DNA of 63,993 bases, the filler included, from a bacterium (GTDB taxonomy: Bacteria; JBBIVP01): assembly GCA_037439705.1 (NCBI GenBank). It is 5 parts of 5 records of this genome, joined end to end, with 100 filler letters (N's around TTAATTAATTAA, not from the genome) between each part and the next. Parts side by side here need not be neighbours in the genome. Positions count along the whole stretch, not along the records: positions 60,812 to 63,993 come from JBBIVP010000201.1; 4 more parts are not named here. One strand, given 5' to 3'. Below are positions 62,594 to 63,993 of the stretch, one piece after another. The notes below the pieces were generated by a model, which worked only from the letters and a program-made list of their open reading frames with translations, was not told the origin of the DNA and did no database searches. The position numbers were made by a program, and so were the translations under genes. The stretch's first letter is position 1. Every line of letters starts with the position of its first letter.

Positions 62594-62643
62594 GAAGTAA
62601 AAATGACTTGATTTTTTACAATAAAATAAATTATAAAATAAGT

Positions 62644-63993
62644 GTGGAGAGAAAAATATTCATCCTGATTTTTGCCATTCTTTTTGGTATACCGGTATGG
62701 GGGGAGGAAGATTCAAAGAAAAAACTTGTTCCATCACCCGCATCCTTTTACGGAGGAACCGGGCTTTTCAGGATAAGGAAGGCTGGAATTATTGAAAAGA
62801 GAAGTTTTTCAATAGGAGGATATGGCGGTTTTACTTTTGTGAAAAATTTTATGAACCTTGAGGTTGAAAATGGATATTCAAACATAATTGATGCAAGCCT
62901 CAATTTTACATACGGAATATGGGATTATGTGGAAGGATATATGACACTTCTTTCCCGTTCCGGCACACTTGAAAACGATATTGAGGATAAGCACGAGGTA
63001 TATCATGCAATAGGGGATATTTTATTTGGAGCAAAGGGTTTTTATCCATTTATGGATTGGTTAAAGGGAGGGGGAGGGATATTTTTTAAGGGTTTCACAA
63101 AATCAAGCGGTTTATTTTTGAGTGAGCCGGATGTTGGATTTGGGTTTGAGTTATTTCTCGGTGCTGAACTTGAAAGGTTTTTAAACTTTCCTTTTAATGC
63201 TCATCTCAATTTAGGATACATATTCATAAACAACGATGACCTTGGTTATACAGGAAGGGAGGAAGCACAGTGGATTCTAATGAATGCGATTCCGAGCGAT
63301 TATGTGGATTTCGGAATAGGTTTTGAATTTCCATTACATGAATACTACATTTCACCATTTATAGAATATACAATTGAGGCTTATTTAGAAAAGTGTATAA
63401 AAGATAATCCCGCATCCATTGCTTCCTGGAGAAGACCGAAGTGGGACGAGAATCCCCAGAGGTGGACATTTGGAATAAGGGGATTTCCATATAAGGGATT
63501 ATGGACAGATTTTATTTTTGATGTCTATATAACAAAGGGATACCACACAATTGGCGAAGACCTTAGGGAATGGGATGTAAGAAGGTTTCCCTTGTGGCAG
63601 ATGTTTTTTGGAATAGGGTATTCTTTTCTTGAGGGATTCATACCAAAAGAGAAAAAAGAGGAAGAGGCAAAAATTTATCGTCCACCGGGCTGGGTAGAAG
63701 GAAAGGTTATTTCATCAAGGACAAAAAAGTCCTTAAAAGATGTTCTGGTAGAGGTAAAAGGGGCTCCCTTTTCCGGAGTACTCACTGATAAAGATGGCAG
63801 TTTTAAGTTTCCATCCCTCTCTCCCGGAGTTTATAAGGTGCGTGCAGAGAAAATGAAATTCAAAAAGGCAGAAAAAATTGTTGAGGTTTCATCAGGGGAG
63901 AAGGCATTTGTTGAAATTTCACTTGAGCCTATGGGAAGCATAGGAGGGATAAAGGGAGTAATTACAGACATAAGGGGAATGCCTCTTTCATCA
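62644..63993 (+). CDS. Outer-membrane beta-barrel protein with carboxypeptidase-regulatory-like (Cna-B-type) domains; runs off window end
   Basis: Not in the ORF track. GTG 62644 gives MERKIFILIFAILFGIPVWG (signal), GGTGLFRI, GDILFGAK, AHLNLGY, WQMFFGIGYSF, then VEGKVI...TDKDGSF.F..LSPGVYKVRAEK. Confidence 0.8.
   Translation, partial: MERKIFILIFAILFGIPVWGEEDSKKKLVPSPASFYGGTGLFRIRKAGIIEKRSFSIGGYGGFTFVKNFMNLEVENGYSNIIDASLNFTYGIWDYVEGYMTLLSRSGTLENDIEDKHEVYHAIGDILFGAKGFYPFMDWLKGGGGIFFKGFTKSSGLFLSEPDVGFGFELFLGAELERFLNFPFNAHLNLGYIFINNDDLGYTGREEAQWILMNAIPSDYVDFGIGFEFPLHEYYISPFIEYTIEAYLEKCIKDNPASIASWRRPKWDENPQRWTFGIRGFPYKGLWTDFIFDVYITKGYHTIGEDLREWDVRRFPLWQMFFGIGYSFLEGFIPKEKKEEEAKIYRPPGWVEGKVISSRTKKSLKDVLVEVKGAPFSGVLTDKDGSFKFPSLSPGVYKVRAEKMKFKKAEKIVEVSSGEKAFVEISLEPMGSIGGIKGVITDIRGMPLSS

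Overview
The window is not one chromosome segment. It is five assembly contigs (1-15398, 15499-30797, 30898-45932, 46033-60711, 60812-end) joined by artificial 100-nt N/TTAATTAATTAA/N linkers. The three complete contigs fall in decreasing length, so neighbourhoods across linkers mean nothing. The DNA is AT-rich with Lys/Glu/Ile-rich proteins and comes from a diderm (skp, lpxD, lpxA). Several proteins look Myxococcota/Desulfobacterota-like, and a thermophilic lifestyle is plausible (inference). Most genes are housekeeping: mreCD-mrdA, gpsA, a shortened mfd, tadA-ispD-larE, ispG, lipid A, dTDP-rhamnose and ugd, argS-SPOR-aspS, priA, prmA, four-subunit POR, trxA, cysS, lipA, alaC-thrC-apgM, the end of alaS, and a MobB-MoaC-MogA fusion. 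The accessory or unusual items are: an FkbM methyltransferase with perfect 63-bp (3-heptad) coiled-coil repeats; a >1128-aa acidic Cys-rich secreted protein behind tandem sigma54 and sigma70 promoters; a type II R-M pair bounded by an 18-bp inverted repeat resembling integron-cassette ends; an MNT-HEPN pair; an LVIVD plus lectin-like lipoprotein pair; and a recurring leaderless-promoter architecture. No tRNA, rRNA or CRISPR array was seen.
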